DNA of 61,931 nucleotides, counting the filler. It is 7 parts of 7 records of this genome, joined end to end, with 100 filler letters (N's around TTAATTAATTAA, not from the genome) between each part and the next. Parts side by side here need not be neighbours in the genome. Positions count along the whole stretch, not along the records: positions 20,425 to 44,337 come from SRR31156797_62252; 6 more parts are not named here. The stretch is one strand, 5' to 3'. Shown here piece by piece: positions 30,000 to 41,338 of this stretch (its first letter is position 1; each line of letters starts with the position of its first letter). The notes under the pieces were generated by a model. It did not search any database. It was not told the origin of the DNA and saw only the letters and a list, made by a program, of their open reading frames with translations. A program made the position numbers and the translations under genes.

Positions 30000-30045
30000 G
30001 GTCTGGCCGCGGCTACTGTCCATGCCCTCCGGCCAGGCCTATTTT
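30000..30045 (+). terminator. Stem-loop after SBP gene (terminator or mRNA stabiliser)
   Basis: GGTCTGGCCG...CGGCCAGGCC-TATTTT. Confidence 0.4.
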
Positions 30046-30077
30046 AACCTGTTAAAGACGAATAAAAAGAAGAGAGA

Positions 30078-31079
30078 TTGATTATTATGGCCCACCCGAA
30101 AGAAGAAACAATGAACCCCCCTCTCCCCACATACCAGGGAAACAGCCCGAACAAAGGATTTTTTACCACCATCAAGGGGATGCTCCCGTTCCATCTCTGG
30201 CTCATGCTGCCCACCATTATCGTGCTGGCGGTCATTACCATATATCCCTTTATCTGGATGGTGGTCATGAGTTTCAAGGAAACCGCCATGGACCCCGGAG
30301 AAAAGGATGCATGGGTCGGTCTGTACAACTATATACGGCTGCTGGATGATGAGCCGTTCTTAAACGGCGTCAAACTCCTTGTCGTTTACTTTATCCTCTG
30401 CCTTTCCATCGAAATGCTTGTGGGAACCGGCGTTGCCATCCTCGTCAACAACGCCAAATTCGAAAATATTTTCATCGTCATTTTCGTCATGCCCATGATG
30501 GTGGCCCCCATTGTGGTGGGGTACCTCTTTCGGTTTCTATACAATGTTTCATTCGGGTGGGGGTACTGGTTCCTCAAATCCACCGGACTCATGGGCGGAG
30601 ATACCATCCTGGCCAATGCCAAGCCCTGGCTGCTTCCGTTCATGCCGTCAACCGCGTTCATGGCGGTGGTGGCGGCGGATGTGTGGGAATGGACCCCGCT
30701 GATCATCCTCATTGTCCTGGCCGGCCTTAAGGCGGTGCCCCAGGATCAACTGGAGGCGGCCCGGGTGGACGGCGCCGGCCCCGTGCGCACCTTTCTGGAG
30801 GTGACCCTGCCCAATATAAAAGGCGTGTTGCTGATAGCCCTTGTGGTACGTTTCATGGACAATGTCCGTTTGATTGATCTGATCTATGTCCTTACGAAGG
30901 GAGGGCCTGCGGATACCACCAAAATCCTTCCTTTTTATCTCTATAATGTTTCCTTTCGCTATTTCGAGTTCGGGCGGGGGGCGGCCATCGGTTTTATCCT
31001 CTTGCTGTTTACCATCATTATGGGCATGTTTTTTGTGAATGTGGTTTTCAAGAAAAAGGAGGTGGGCAACAATGGCTGA
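30078..31079 (+). CDS. Sugar ABC permease (MalF-like)
   Basis: VGLYNYIRL, DVWEWTP, EAARVDGA EAA loop, TKGGP. Confidence 0.93.
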   Translation: MIIMAHPKEETMNPPLPTYQGNSPNKGFFTTIKGMLPFHLWLMLPTIIVLAVITIYPFIWMVVMSFKETAMDPGEKDAWVGLYNYIRLLDDEPFLNGVKLLVVYFILCLSIEMLVGTGVAILVNNAKFENIFIVIFVMPMMVAPIVVGYLFRFLYNVSFGWGYWFLKSTGLMGGDTILANAKPWLLPFMPSTAFMAVVAADVWEWTPLIILIVLAGLKAVPQDQLEAARVDGAGPVRTFLEVTLPNIKGVLLIALVVRFMDNVRLIDLIYVLTKGGPADTTKILPFYLYNVSFRYFEFGRGAAIGFILLLFTIIMGMFFVNVVFKKKEVGNNG

Positions 31080-31974
31080 AGCAGAACTGGTTAGCAAGTC
31101 GGCGAAAAGAAAGAGGGCCTTCTGGCGGACCCTCATGTATGTGGCCATTGCCGTTTTTTTCCTCTGGACCACCCTTCCCCTGCTCATCATGGCCCTCTCC
31201 TCCTTAAAGGAGCTCAGGGACGCCTTTCAGATTCCGGCCATAGGCGACTGGTCAGGGGCCTTCAAGAAGATGTTCATTTTCACGCCCACCTTACGTCATT
31301 ATCACGACCTGTTTGTGGAAGAGCATTTTCTGACCTATATCGTCAACAGCATTATTGCCGCCGGCAGCGCATCGGTCATATCCGTTGTCTTCGGGGCCCT
31401 GGCCGCCTACGGTTTGGCGCGGGGCAAGATCAAGGGGGAAAAACATCTGTCCTTCTGGATCCTCTCCACCCGTATGGCCCCTGTGGTGGCGGTGATGGTA
31501 CCCCTCTATTCCATCTTTACGGGGTTGGGGCTTCTGGAAGCGCTCCGCAGCCGAAACCTTATGGGTCTGATTCTGGCCTACACAACCTTTGATCTACCCT
31601 TTGCCGTTTGGTTCATGCGGAGCTTTTTTGAGGACATCCCGGTGGAGGTGGAAGAAGCTGCCAAGGTGGACGGATGCTCCAATATCAAGGCCTTTTACAA
31701 GGTCATCCTGCCCCTGGCCATGCCCGGGATCGTGGCGGCCCTCATCCTCTGCCTGGTATTTTCCTGGAATGACTTCATTTTTGCCAGTATCTTCGGGCAG
31801 CAGGGCGCCAAAACCCTTCCCGTTGCCACGGCGGAGCTGCACAGCACGGTGGCCATCCAGTGGGGCGGAATCATGGCGGCCGGAACCATTCTCATCACCC
31901 CCATGCTGTTTTTGGGGCTGCTGGTGAAGAAGTACCTGGTCCAGGGAATGACCATGGGCGCGGTAAGACAGTAA
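31072..31974 (+). CDS. Sugar ABC permease (MalG-like)
   Basis: AGGAGG then ATG 31072; EEAAKVDG, FSWNDF. Confidence 0.93.
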   Translation: MAEAELVSKSAKRKRAFWRTLMYVAIAVFFLWTTLPLLIMALSSLKELRDAFQIPAIGDWSGAFKKMFIFTPTLRHYHDLFVEEHFLTYIVNSIIAAGSASVISVVFGALAAYGLARGKIKGEKHLSFWILSTRMAPVVAVMVPLYSIFTGLGLLEALRSRNLMGLILAYTTFDLPFAVWFMRSFFEDIPVEVEEAAKVDGCSNIKAFYKVILPLAMPGIVAALILCLVFSWNDFIFASIFGQQGAKTLPVATAELHSTVAIQWGGIMAAGTILITPMLFLGLLVKKYLVQGMTMGAVRQ

Positions 31975-32029
31975 ACAAATCAATTAATTTCTGAAAAACT
32001 CGGTTGAGTTCTTTCATAGGAGATCGGTT

Positions 32030-33145
32030 TTGGCGAATGTAACACTCAAGAATGTTTGGAAGCGGTATGGAAAAGTGGAAGCAGTCCTTGATCTGTCCCT
32101 GGAGTGCAAGGACAAAGAGTTCTTTAGCCTCCTGGGGCCTTCGGGATGCGGGAAATCCTCCACCCTTCGGATGATCGCGGGCCTGGAGGAAATCTCCCAG
32201 GGGGAGATCATAATCGGCGATCAGGTGGTCAACGAGGTGGAACCCAAGGATCGGGATATTGCCATGGTTTTTGAGACCTATGCCCTTTATCCCCACAAAA
32301 AAGTTTTTGCCAATATGGCCTTCCCCCTGCGGGTGGGAAAGCACAAATACTCGGAGGCCGAAATTAAACAGCGGGTGGAGAGGGCCGCCGAGATCCTTGA
32401 GATCGGCAATTTCCTCGACCGCTATCCCAAGCAGCTTTCGGGCGGCCAGCGGCAACGGGTTGCCATCGGCCGTGCCATCGTGCGGGAACCCAGGGTATTT
32501 CTCCTGGACGAGCCCATCTCCCATCTGGACGCCAAGCTCCGCACCCATATGAGGGGTGAATTGAAGCTCCTTCAGCGAACCCTTGGGACCACCATGATCT
32601 ACGTGACCCATGACCAGATGGAGGCCATGAGCATGGCCGATCGCATCGCCATCATGAACTTCGGGGTGCTCCAGCAGGTGGGGACTCCAAATGAGATATT
32701 CAATCACCCCGTAAATCAGTTTGTGGCAGGTTTTGTGGGGGACCCTCCCATGAATTTCATCGATTGCGACCTTGAGGTCAGTGGAGAAAAATGGCAACTG
32801 GTAAACGAATCCTTCAGGATCAATTTGTCTCCCGATCTCATCGCCCGCTACAAAAAGAACAATGGCGATCCTTCATCCAAGCCCAGGGAGGTAGTCTTGG
32901 GTGTTCGGCCCGAGAACTTCATTGTCAGCGGCAAGAAGGGCGGGGAAGAGAGTTTTCCCGCTGACGTCTACGTGACGGAACCCTTGGGGGAAGAGATGAT
33001 CGTGGATATCGAGATCCCCAAAAACAAACTAAAACTCAAGGTATCCGTGGACAACCATATCAAGGCGGGCGACAAGATCTGGCTCGATGCCATGAAAAAT
33101 AAGATACACCTTTTCAACCGAGAGACCGAAAAGGCCTATTTCTAG
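32030..33145 (+). CDS. Sugar ABC ATPase (MalK/UgpC-like)
   Basis: GPSGCGKS, LSGGQRQR, LLDEP, YVTHDQ, TOBE tail; TTG start. Confidence 0.95.
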   Translation: MANVTLKNVWKRYGKVEAVLDLSLECKDKEFFSLLGPSGCGKSSTLRMIAGLEEISQGEIIIGDQVVNEVEPKDRDIAMVFETYALYPHKKVFANMAFPLRVGKHKYSEAEIKQRVERAAEILEIGNFLDRYPKQLSGGQRQRVAIGRAIVREPRVFLLDEPISHLDAKLRTHMRGELKLLQRTLGTTMIYVTHDQMEAMSMADRIAIMNFGVLQQVGTPNEIFNHPVNQFVAGFVGDPPMNFIDCDLEVSGEKWQLVNESFRINLSPDLIARYKKNNGDPSSKPREVVLGVRPENFIVSGKKGGEESFPADVYVTEPLGEEMIVDIEIPKNKLKLKVSVDNHIKAGDKIWLDAMKNKIHLFNRETEKAYF

Positions 33146-33173
33146 TGAATACCTGCGTAGGAGGCGAAAAACC

Positions 33174-34733
33174 ATGACGAAACGTTACTATATCGGTTAT
33201 GACTGTGGGACCATGGGAACCAAGGTGGCCATATACACCCTTGACGGGCAGCTTGTAGCCGATGCCTACCGTGAACATGAAATCCTTTACCCAAAACCCG
33301 GATGGGCCGAAATGGAGGCCGAACAGTTCTACCGGGTGGTGGCCGAGGGCATCAAGGAATGCATCACCAAAGGGAATGTGGACCCCGAAGAGGTGGGTGG
33401 GATCAGTTGCAGCGGCATCATCTGCGGCATCGTACCCATTGACGCGGATTGGCGGCCCCTGGGCCCCTATATCCCCTATCTGGACGGGCGGGCGCAAAAA
33501 GAGGTCCAGGATCTGGAAGGGGCCGACCCCCTCTGGGCCGAGGAAAGCGGAAATGCGGAGCCCGCCGCATACATGCCCCCCGTTATCCTTAAATGGATGC
33601 TGGCCAATAGCCCCGATGTCCGAAAGAACGCTAAAAAAGTGGTCGGCTGTGCCCATTATGTCATGGGCAAACTGGGGGGCCTAAAAGCCAAGGACGCTTT
33701 TGTTGACTGGGCCCACCAGTCGGGATGGGTTATCGGCTTTGATGCCAGAAAGCGCGACTGGTCTGAAAAACAGATCGACCTTCTCGGACTTCCCCACGAA
33801 ATGCTGCCGAAGGTTGTGAAACCGTGGGATGTCGTCGGCGAACTTTGCGCTGAGGAGGCGGCAAAACTGGGCCTCAAACCGGGGGTTCCTCTGGTGGCGG
33901 GGGCCGGAGACATCATGCAGTCCTGCCTTGGGTGCGGCTTGACCGATGTGGGCATGTCCTTTGACGTGGCGGGAACCGCCTCCATCGCCGCCTTTGCCCT
34001 GAGCGACGTGAATGCCGCCATCACCGGAAAAAAGATCCTTGTCAACGCCATGAACACCTTTGAGGATCAATATCTTCTCTGGGCCTTCATCCCGGCCGGT
34101 GGGTTGAGCCTGCGCTGGTACAGGGATGAAATTCTCAGAAAACCCGGCGTGGACCAAGTCTACCGGGAGTTGGACAAGCTGGCTGAAAAGGTGCCGGCCG
34201 GTTCCGATTATGCCATGTTTTTTCCATTTCTACAGGGAAGGAGTTCCCCCTTCTGGGCCACGGCCAGCGGCACCTGGCTGGGACTCAGGGGATCCAACCA
34301 GGCAGGTCACATGTGGCGGTCCATGCTGGAATCCATCGCCTTTGAATTCCTCTACTGGACCCATGTGTTGCGTGATGAAGGGTTTCCGGTCAATCAGATG
34401 ATCGGGGCCGGCGGCGGGAGCAACAGCCGGATCTGGAATCAGATCAAGGCGGATATGATGAACATAGATTATCTCATTCCCTCCCAATCGGAAGGAGCGG
34501 TACTGGGGAACGCTTTGCTGGCGGCCTACGGCGTGGGCGCCGTCAAAGATATAAAAGAAACCATTAAGGAGTGGGTGACCTTCAAAGACGTCTTCAAACC
34601 CCGGAATGAAATCACCGCCTTTTATGAAAAAATGGCCCAAAAGCGCAATGGCATCCTCAATGGACCCCTGCTGGACTGTTTCAACCGCATTCAATCTCTT
34701 CACGACGATCTGTTTCCGCCCGCTTCCAAGTAA
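33174..34733 (+). CDS. FGGY carbohydrate kinase (xylulokinase-like) 1
   Basis: IGYDCGTMGTK, PKPGWAE, GAGD, AGTAS, GGGS.S..WNQIKAD. Confidence 0.9.
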   Translation: MTKRYYIGYDCGTMGTKVAIYTLDGQLVADAYREHEILYPKPGWAEMEAEQFYRVVAEGIKECITKGNVDPEEVGGISCSGIICGIVPIDADWRPLGPYIPYLDGRAQKEVQDLEGADPLWAEESGNAEPAAYMPPVILKWMLANSPDVRKNAKKVVGCAHYVMGKLGGLKAKDAFVDWAHQSGWVIGFDARKRDWSEKQIDLLGLPHEMLPKVVKPWDVVGELCAEEAAKLGLKPGVPLVAGAGDIMQSCLGCGLTDVGMSFDVAGTASIAAFALSDVNAAITGKKILVNAMNTFEDQYLLWAFIPAGGLSLRWYRDEILRKPGVDQVYRELDKLAEKVPAGSDYAMFFPFLQGRSSPFWATASGTWLGLRGSNQAGHMWRSMLESIAFEFLYWTHVLRDEGFPVNQMIGAGGGSNSRIWNQIKADMMNIDYLIPSQSEGAVLGNALLAAYGVGAVKDIKETIKEWVTFKDVFKPRNEITAFYEKMAQKRNGILNGPLLDCFNRIQSLHDDLFPPASK

Positions 34734-34771
34734 GATGGGGGCAAAAACGGAACAAAAAGGGAGGTTCAACA

Positions 34772-36334
34772 ATGGCTAGCAAGAAACTCTTGGCCGGCAT
34801 AGACGCTGGCACCACCGGCGTCACCGTCATGATTGCCGACAATGAAGGGGATATCGTGGGCACGTCTTACCGGGAATATCCCTGTTCCTATCCCCACCCG
34901 GGCTGGGTGGAGCAGGACATGGAACTTATGTGGACCCGTATGTGCGAAGCCTGCAAAGAGGTAATCGCCAAGACGGGGGTTGATCCAACGGAAATTGCTT
35001 CCATGGGATTTTCAAGCCAGCGCGGCACCTTTGTCTGTGTGGATAAGGACCTGAACCCATTGGCCGATTCCATCGTGTGGTCCTGCGGAAGGGCTTCTGA
35101 AGAATTGGCATGGATCAAGGAAAACCTGGGCGACGATCGGTACCATGACATATCGGGCGTGACCCTATCCGGTCTCTGGTCCTATGCCAAAATGAAATGG
35201 GTGGTGGACAAACGGCCCGATTTACTGGACCGGACCCATCTGATTCTCAACGGACAGGAGTTTTTTCTTCACAAATTCGGGTCCGAAGATATCGCCTCCG
35301 ATCCGGCATCCATCACCCTCAACGGCATGATGGATATTGCCGATCTGGACTGGTCCAGGGAACTTCTGGATCTCATCGGCCTCCCCATGGACAAACTACC
35401 CCCCATGAAGACCCCTGCCCGGCAGGTGGGCGTTATCTCCAGGGAGGCCTCGAAGGCCTCCGGTTTTGCACAAGGCACGCCCATCTGTTTCGGGGGGGGC
35501 GATCAGCAGTGCGCCGCCATCGGCGCCGGGGTCATTCGGGAAGGCTTGGCGGAAATCACCATCGGGACCGCGTCGGTAATGGTGGCCCACATCGATTCCC
35601 GGAAATCAGACCCGGAACACCTGGTCCTCATGGGCGGGTCCGCCATTCCCCATAAATGGGACATGGAAGGGCTCGCCTTTGCCACCGGTGTCTGTCTGCG
35701 CTGGTGGCGGGATATCTACGGCCAGGTGGAAAGAGAGGCGGCTGAGCAATTGGGCATGGACGCTTACGACATCATCGGGGCCCAGGCCGCATCGGCGCCG
35801 GTGGGGTGCAAGGGCGCCATATTTTTCCCCTTCTTCTCGGGCCAGGTCACCCCCCACTATGTGGATAACGCCAGGGGCGGGGCCATGGGCCTTTCCTTGA
35901 TCCACGACCGGGCCATGATGGCCCGATCCATTATGGAAGGGGGCGCCTACGAATTGCGGATGATCGTGGATGCCATGGAAAAGGTCCTGGGTAAACCCTT
36001 TGACAGCATAAGGCTGTCCGGCGGGGGGGCAAAATCACCCCTCTGGAATCAGATCCAGGCGGACGTCTACGGAAGACCGGTGGAGAGGCTCAAGGTCTCC
36101 GAATGCACAACCCTGGGAGCGGCGATCCTTGGGGCCGCGGGAGCCGGGATTTTTGCTTCCGTGGAAGAGGCGGTGGGGAATATGGTCCATCCCTTTGGCT
36201 CCGTTGAACCTAACATGGACAATCATGCCATCTACCAGGACGTGTTCGGCCTTTTCAAGGATACCTTCCTGGCCCTCAAAAACGCAGGGGTCTACGACAA
36301 GATCGCCGCGGTCCAGAGCAAACATTGGGGATAA
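34772..36334 (+). CDS. FGGY carbohydrate kinase (xylulokinase-like) 2
   Basis: GIDAGTTG, PHPGWVEQD, SSQRGT, GGGDQQ, GGGAKSPLWNQIQADV. Confidence 0.9.
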   Translation: MASKKLLAGIDAGTTGVTVMIADNEGDIVGTSYREYPCSYPHPGWVEQDMELMWTRMCEACKEVIAKTGVDPTEIASMGFSSQRGTFVCVDKDLNPLADSIVWSCGRASEELAWIKENLGDDRYHDISGVTLSGLWSYAKMKWVVDKRPDLLDRTHLILNGQEFFLHKFGSEDIASDPASITLNGMMDIADLDWSRELLDLIGLPMDKLPPMKTPARQVGVISREASKASGFAQGTPICFGGGDQQCAAIGAGVIREGLAEITIGTASVMVAHIDSRKSDPEHLVLMGGSAIPHKWDMEGLAFATGVCLRWWRDIYGQVEREAAEQLGMDAYDIIGAQAASAPVGCKGAIFFPFFSGQVTPHYVDNARGGAMGLSLIHDRAMMARSIMEGGAYELRMIVDAMEKVLGKPFDSIRLSGGGAKSPLWNQIQADVYGRPVERLKVSECTTLGAAILGAAGAGIFASVEEAVGNMVHPFGSVEPNMDNHAIYQDVFGLFKDTFLALKNAGVYDKIAAVQSKHWG

Positions 36335-36348
36335 AAAGGAGACCTGGA

Positions 36349-37092
36349 TTGAAAATCGCCGCCGCCCAGATCCACCTCTATCCGGAGGTGGCACAGAACC
36401 TCAATAACATCACGGCCTGGACCAGAAAAGCAAAGGCTCAAGGGGTGGATCTGGTCTGTTTTCCCGAAACCAGCCTGACAGGCTACCTTTTTGAAGGATT
36501 CAACCAATTGGATTCAAAGGAGATCAACAGCGCCATGAACCAGCTTCAAGGGTTAGCCGTGGAGCTGGGGATCAACCTGTTGGTGGGAACTCCCTGCCGG
36601 ATGGGGGACCGTTTATACAACAGCGTGGCAGCCCTTCTGGCCGACGGCAGGCGGCTTCTTTATCACAAGACCTATCTGGTGTCCTACGAAGAAGAGTATT
36701 TTACTTCCGGCTCCGACCTGCTCACCTTCGACCTGGGTGCCGTGACTGTGGGCACCATCATCTGCCGGGATCAGAGTTTTCCGGACCTGGCCGCCAAAAA
36801 CCGGGAAGCGGGCGCCCGGGTCCTCTTCATTTCCTGCGCCCACTACTACCCCCCCATGGTGGCCCGCCTGAAAGTGGACAAGAACCGGGCCCTGCCCATT
36901 GCCAGGGCCTGCGAGAACGGCTTTTTCGTCTGTAAGGCCAACGCAGTGGGTTCCTACCGGGGGCAGATCAACCTGGGGCACAGCATGATCGTGGGACCCA
37001 ACGGGGTTGTTGTCGCTGAAGCCGGGGAAACCACGGAGGAGCTGCTCACCTATGATATGGATGAAAAAAGGCTGGACTGGGGGTGGGGATAG
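36349..37092 (+). CDS. Carbon-nitrogen hydrolase (nitrilase superfamily)
   Basis: Glu-Lys-Cys triad FPET, YHKTYL, ICRD; AAGGAGA then TTG 36349. Confidence 0.9.
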   Translation: MKIAAAQIHLYPEVAQNLNNITAWTRKAKAQGVDLVCFPETSLTGYLFEGFNQLDSKEINSAMNQLQGLAVELGINLLVGTPCRMGDRLYNSVAALLADGRRLLYHKTYLVSYEEEYFTSGSDLLTFDLGAVTVGTIICRDQSFPDLAAKNREAGARVLFISCAHYYPPMVARLKVDKNRALPIARACENGFFVCKANAVGSYRGQINLGHSMIVGPNGVVVAEAGETTEELLTYDMDEKRLDWGWG

Positions 37093-37140
37093 GTTTCAGG
37101 GCTCACCCACCACCATCCGGTTGAACTTCTCCGGCTTTTT

Positions 37141-38694
37141 TCAAGAACGAAGATGTTCCGTCATCCCATGCATTAATGGCGACATTCGCCCATAAGTATC
37201 GATATATCGATCCACATAGAAACCATAGGCCTCATGGTTGGATTTGTTCGGCTCAACAAGCCGGGATATGGAGACCATGCTTTCCGCCGCACTCTTGACG
37301 TCAGGGTAGAGTCCCGAGGCAGCGGCGGCGAGGATGGCGGAACCGAGGAGCGGGGCGTCCTGAACTTTTGGGATGGCGATGGGAACGCCGCTCACGTCCG
37401 CGTGGATCTGCATCCAGAGACGGCTCCGGGTGGGGCCTCCGCAGGCGTAGATCTCTTTGGTTTCATACCCGGCTTGTCTGAATTGACGGAAAATGAATTC
37501 CGTGCCGTAGGCGATCCCCTCCATTATGGCCCGAAAAATGTGTTCGGGTTCATGCCGAAGGCTGAGGCCCCAAATGGCGCCCCTGAGATTTGGATCCACC
37601 AACGGGGTGCGATTTCCCTGGAATGAATCCAGGACGATGAGACCTTCGGACCCCACGGGGATATCCTCGGCCTTTTCATCCATCATCCTGTAAAGCCCCT
37701 TGTTCAAGCTTTCGGCCTTCTCCCCTTCCCCTTTCAGAAAATGGGTCTTGAACCATTTGAGGATGGAACCGGTGGAGATCTGTCCCCCTTCAACGGTGTA
37801 TTGCCCCCGAAGCACTCCATTGGGGTAGGTTCCGAAGATCCCCTTGGCGTGGAAGGCCCGAGCTGCCATGCCCAGGTGCAGGTGCGACGATCCGGTAATG
37901 AAGGCCAGCCTTCCGGGTTCGATGACGTTCAGGCCTACCATGCCCACAAAAGCGTCGGCGCCCCCTTCGGCCACCACCGTCCCTTCCCTGAGCCCCAGTT
38001 GGGACGCGGCTTCACGGGTTAGGCGACCCACCGGTTTATCCATATCCAGGACTTTTTTGGGGAATTTTTCCAGCAAATCCCCCAGCTCAATCGCCCCATA
38101 GAAAGAGGTGGGGAATCCTCCGTTTTCATCGTCGTAATACCATCGGACCGATGCATTGTTAATGCTGGCTGAAAGTTGCCCCGTGAGTCGGTAGTTGATA
38201 AAATCCTGATACTCGCAGACCACATGGGCCTTTTTATATACATCCGGTTCGTTTCGCTTCACCCAAAGGGCCTTGCATGGCATCCACTCCGCACTCACAT
38301 TGCCATGGCCGTTGTACTTCAGGGCGGAATGTCCGCTGTCGGCGATAAAACCGGCCTCTTTGGCAGCGCGCACATCCATCCACAACAGGGCATTGCGCAA
38401 GGGCTTCATGTCCCGGTCCAGGAAGACCACGGTGCAGCAGGTGGTGTCGGCGCAGATCCCCTTGATGGCGTTGGGATCCACCTTGGCGTGGCCCAGGAGA
38501 TGGGCCATGCCCTCCTTGAGGCAGGTCCACCACGCCTCCGGGTCCTGTTCCGCCCAACCCGATTGGGGGTGATGGGTTTCATAGGTTTTACTGCTGCTAA
38601 GAAGGAGATTGCCCCGAAGATCAAACAAACCGATTCGAATGGATTCGGTTCCCCCGTCTATGCCGATGACGTACGGGCCTTCCTGAACGGTCAT
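37141..38694 (-). CDS. FGGY pentulose kinase (ribulokinase-like)
   Basis: GIDGGTES, DTTCCTV, LLWMDVRA, SAEW, GGADA, FQGNRTP, WMQIHADV. Confidence 0.9.
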   Translation of the reverse strand: MTVQEGPYVIGIDGGTESIRIGLFDLRGNLLLSSSKTYETHHPQSGWAEQDPEAWWTCLKEGMAHLLGHAKVDPNAIKGICADTTCCTVVFLDRDMKPLRNALLWMDVRAAKEAGFIADSGHSALKYNGHGNVSAEWMPCKALWVKRNEPDVYKKAHVVCEYQDFINYRLTGQLSASINNASVRWYYDDENGGFPTSFYGAIELGDLLEKFPKKVLDMDKPVGRLTREAASQLGLREGTVVAEGGADAFVGMVGLNVIEPGRLAFITGSSHLHLGMAARAFHAKGIFGTYPNGVLRGQYTVEGGQISTGSILKWFKTHFLKGEGEKAESLNKGLYRMMDEKAEDIPVGSEGLIVLDSFQGNRTPLVDPNLRGAIWGLSLRHEPEHIFRAIMEGIAYGTEFIFRQFRQAGYETKEIYACGGPTRSRLWMQIHADVSGVPIAIPKVQDAPLLGSAILAAAASGLYPDVKSAAESMVSISRLVEPNKSNHEAYGFYVDRYIDTYGRMSPLMHGMTEHLRS

Positions 38695-38788
38695 GAAGCC
38701 CCCCTTTCCAAGGCATTCATCCTTTGTTGCGTCTTGAGCGAAGCGGGCGGTTACGATACCTTCTTTCGACGGTGCTCTGTAGTGATCG

Positions 38789-39235
38789 CTACTTTACCGT
38801 GACACAAGTCGAATCGCTCATTTGACAGACCTTGTTTGATACGCTTCCAAGCAAGAGACCTTTAATTCTCCCCAGTCCCCGGCTTCCCATAAATACCCAG
38901 TCGATGTCGTTTTCCCGCGCAAATTCGGTGATCTTGTCCGCTGGATCCCCTTTTTTTATGACAGCGTGAACCTCCTTGACGCCCTTCTTTTTGGCGGTTT
39001 CTTCGGCGGTTTTAAGTATCCGGTCCCCTATCCCCTTTAAAAAGAGATATTCGGGGGGGTCCTCAATCTTCTCAACGTCTGCATATTTGATGAGTTCTTT
39101 TGGAACCTCCACCTTGGCCACCACATGGAGAAGATACATTTCGCAGCCATATTTCAACGCAATATCAATGGCGTAATCCACGGCTTTTAAAGAATGTCTG
39201 GAACCGTCTACAGCTATGAGAACTTTTTTTATCAT
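38789..39235 (-). CDS. Universal stress protein
   Basis: VLIAVDGS, GDPA, MGSRGLG...LLGSVSNKV. Confidence 0.93.
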   Translation of the reverse strand: MIKKVLIAVDGSRHSLKAVDYAIDIALKYGCEMYLLHVVAKVEVPKELIKYADVEKIEDPPEYLFLKGIGDRILKTAEETAKKKGVKEVHAVIKKGDPADKITEFARENDIDWVFMGSRGLGRIKGLLLGSVSNKVCQMSDSTCVTVK

Positions 39236-39258
39236 GATTCCGTTCCTCCCTTCTTCGT

Positions 39259-41310
39259 CTACTTGTTTGCCAGCAATGCTTCTGCCTTTTTTATTACGTT
39301 TTCAACGGTAAAGCCAAATTCCTTAAAAAGTTCTTTTGCCGGCGCGGAGGCGCCAAAACCATCCATGCCGATAATTCCCCCCTGGATGCCGGCGTACCGC
39401 TCCCACCCGAACGGGCTGCCCGCCTCCACCGCAAGTCGAGCCGTTACGTCCCTGGGAAGGACCTCGTCCCGGTACTGTTCCGGCTGGGCTTCAAAAATCT
39501 CCCATGAAGGAATATTCACCACCCTTGCTCCAATGCCCCGATCCTTCAACTGTTCATAAGCCTCAAGGAGCAGGTGCACTTCGGCGCCGGTGCCCATGAA
39601 AATGAGTTCCGGCTTTCCATTTTGTGCATCCGCCAAAACATAGCCCCCGCGAGAAACGCCCTCCGCCGATGCATATCGGCTGCGGTCAATCACCGGAAGC
39701 CCTTGCCGGCTCAGAATAATGGCGCAAGGGCCTTTTTGCCCCATCAGGGCCAATTTCCAGGCCTCAACGGTCTCCTGGGCATCGGCCGGTCGGATCACCG
39801 TCATGTGGGGAACGGCCCTGAGAGCGGCCAGATGCTCAATGGGCTGATGGGTGGGCCCATCCTCGCCCAACCCGATGGAATCGTGGGTGAAGACGTAGAT
39901 GACCGGAAGTTTCATGAGGGCAGCCAGCCGGATGGCGGGACGCATGTAATCGGAAAACACCAGGAAAGTGCCGCCATAGGGGATCAAGGCCTTGCTGAGG
40001 GCCATCCCGTTGAGGATGGTCCCCATGGCAAACTCCCTGATGCCGAACCGGATGTTGGGGCCCCTGTCCCCTTTGAACTCCCCGAACCCCTTCAAATAGG
40101 TATTGTTTGAAGGTGCCAGGTCGGCGGATCCGCCAATGAGCCCTGGAAGATGGGGTTTGACGGCGGCCAGAACCTGTCCCGAGGCCTTCCGGGTGGCGAT
40201 ATTTCCCTGTTCCGGATTAAAACGGGGCAGTGAATCCTCCCAGATTGAAGCATCCGGTTTCCCGTGCATGGCCTCCCATTGGGCCGCCAGGTCCGGATAT
40301 TTCTGTGCATAATTGTCGTAAAGGGCCTTCCACCCGGTTTCCAGCTCGGACCCCCTGTCCCGGGCCTGGCGAAAGAGAGACAGGACGTCTTCCGGTACAT
40401 AGAAGGAGGGCTCTTCCGGCCAATGGCAGTTTTTCTTGGTCAGGGCCACCTCTTCGGCGCCCAGGGGAGCGCCGTGGGCATCCGGTGTGTCCTGTTTGTT
40501 GGGACTTCCCCAAGCGATGTGGGTCCTGGCGATAATGAGAGACGGCCGGGAGCTTTCATCTTTGGCCTTTGCAACGGCGTCACTCACGCCGGGCAGATCA
40601 TAGCCGCTCACCCGTTGTACATGCCAGTTGTAAGCCTCGAAACGACGTTGTACATCCTCGGTAAAGGTAATGTCCGTCCCCCCTTCAATGGTGATCCGGT
40701 TATCCAGATAGATGTAAATGAGCTTCCCGAGCCCCAAAGCCCCTGCAATGGAGGCGGTCTCCGATGAAATCCCCTCCATCATGTCGCCGTCACTCACCAG
40801 AGCATAGGTATGGTAATCCACCAAAGGAAAATCAGGCTTGTTGAAAAGACCGGCGAGATAACGTTCGGCCATGGCCATCCCAACCCCCGTGGCAAAACCT
40901 TGCCCCAGGGGGCCCGTGGTGGTTTCCACCCCGGGTGCGCAACCATATTCCGGGTGCCCCGGGGTCCGGCTGTCCAACTGCCGGAAATTTTTCAACGCCT
41001 CCAGGGACAAATCGTAGCCTGTCAGATGGAGCATGGCATAGAGGAGCATGGAACCATGCCCGGCGGAAAGGACAAACCGATCCCGGTTGGCCCACTCCGG
41101 ATTGTTGGGATTATATTTCATGCTGCGGGTCCAGAGCAGATAAGCCAGATCAGAGGCCTCCATGGGCATTCCCGGATGACCCGAGTTGGCTTTTTGAACC
41201 CCATCCACCGCAAGAAACCGGATGGTGTTGATGCATTTTTTTTGAAATTCAATGGGTATATCGTCAAATCCCTTCCAATCTTCCATGGTCATCGGTCGCT
41301 CCTCATTCAA
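39259..41310 (-). CDS. tkt: Transketolase
   Basis: [52 protein letters not shown]. Confidence 0.97.
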   Translation of the reverse strand: MNEERPMTMEDWKGFDDIPIEFQKKCINTIRFLAVDGVQKANSGHPGMPMEASDLAYLLWTRSMKYNPNNPEWANRDRFVLSAGHGSMLLYAMLHLTGYDLSLEALKNFRQLDSRTPGHPEYGCAPGVETTTGPLGQGFATGVGMAMAERYLAGLFNKPDFPLVDYHTYALVSDGDMMEGISSETASIAGALGLGKLIYIYLDNRITIEGGTDITFTEDVQRRFEAYNWHVQRVSGYDLPGVSDAVAKAKDESSRPSLIIARTHIAWGSPNKQDTPDAHGAPLGAEEVALTKKNCHWPEEPSFYVPEDVLSLFRQARDRGSELETGWKALYDNYAQKYPDLAAQWEAMHGKPDASIWEDSLPRFNPEQGNIATRKASGQVLAAVKPHLPGLIGGSADLAPSNNTYLKGFGEFKGDRGPNIRFGIREFAMGTILNGMALSKALIPYGGTFLVFSDYMRPAIRLAALMKLPVIYVFTHDSIGLGEDGPTHQPIEHLAALRAVPHMTVIRPADAQETVEAWKLALMGQKGPCAIILSRQGLPVIDRSRYASAEGVSRGGYVLADAQNGKPELIFMGTGAEVHLLLEAYEQLKDRGIGARVVNIPSWEIFEAQPEQYRDEVLPRDVTARLAVEAGSPFGWERYAGIQGGIIGMDGFGASAPAKELFKEFGFTVENVIKKAEALLANK

Positions 41311-41338
41311 AAGTTCCCCTGATTTTTACACTTTCCCT

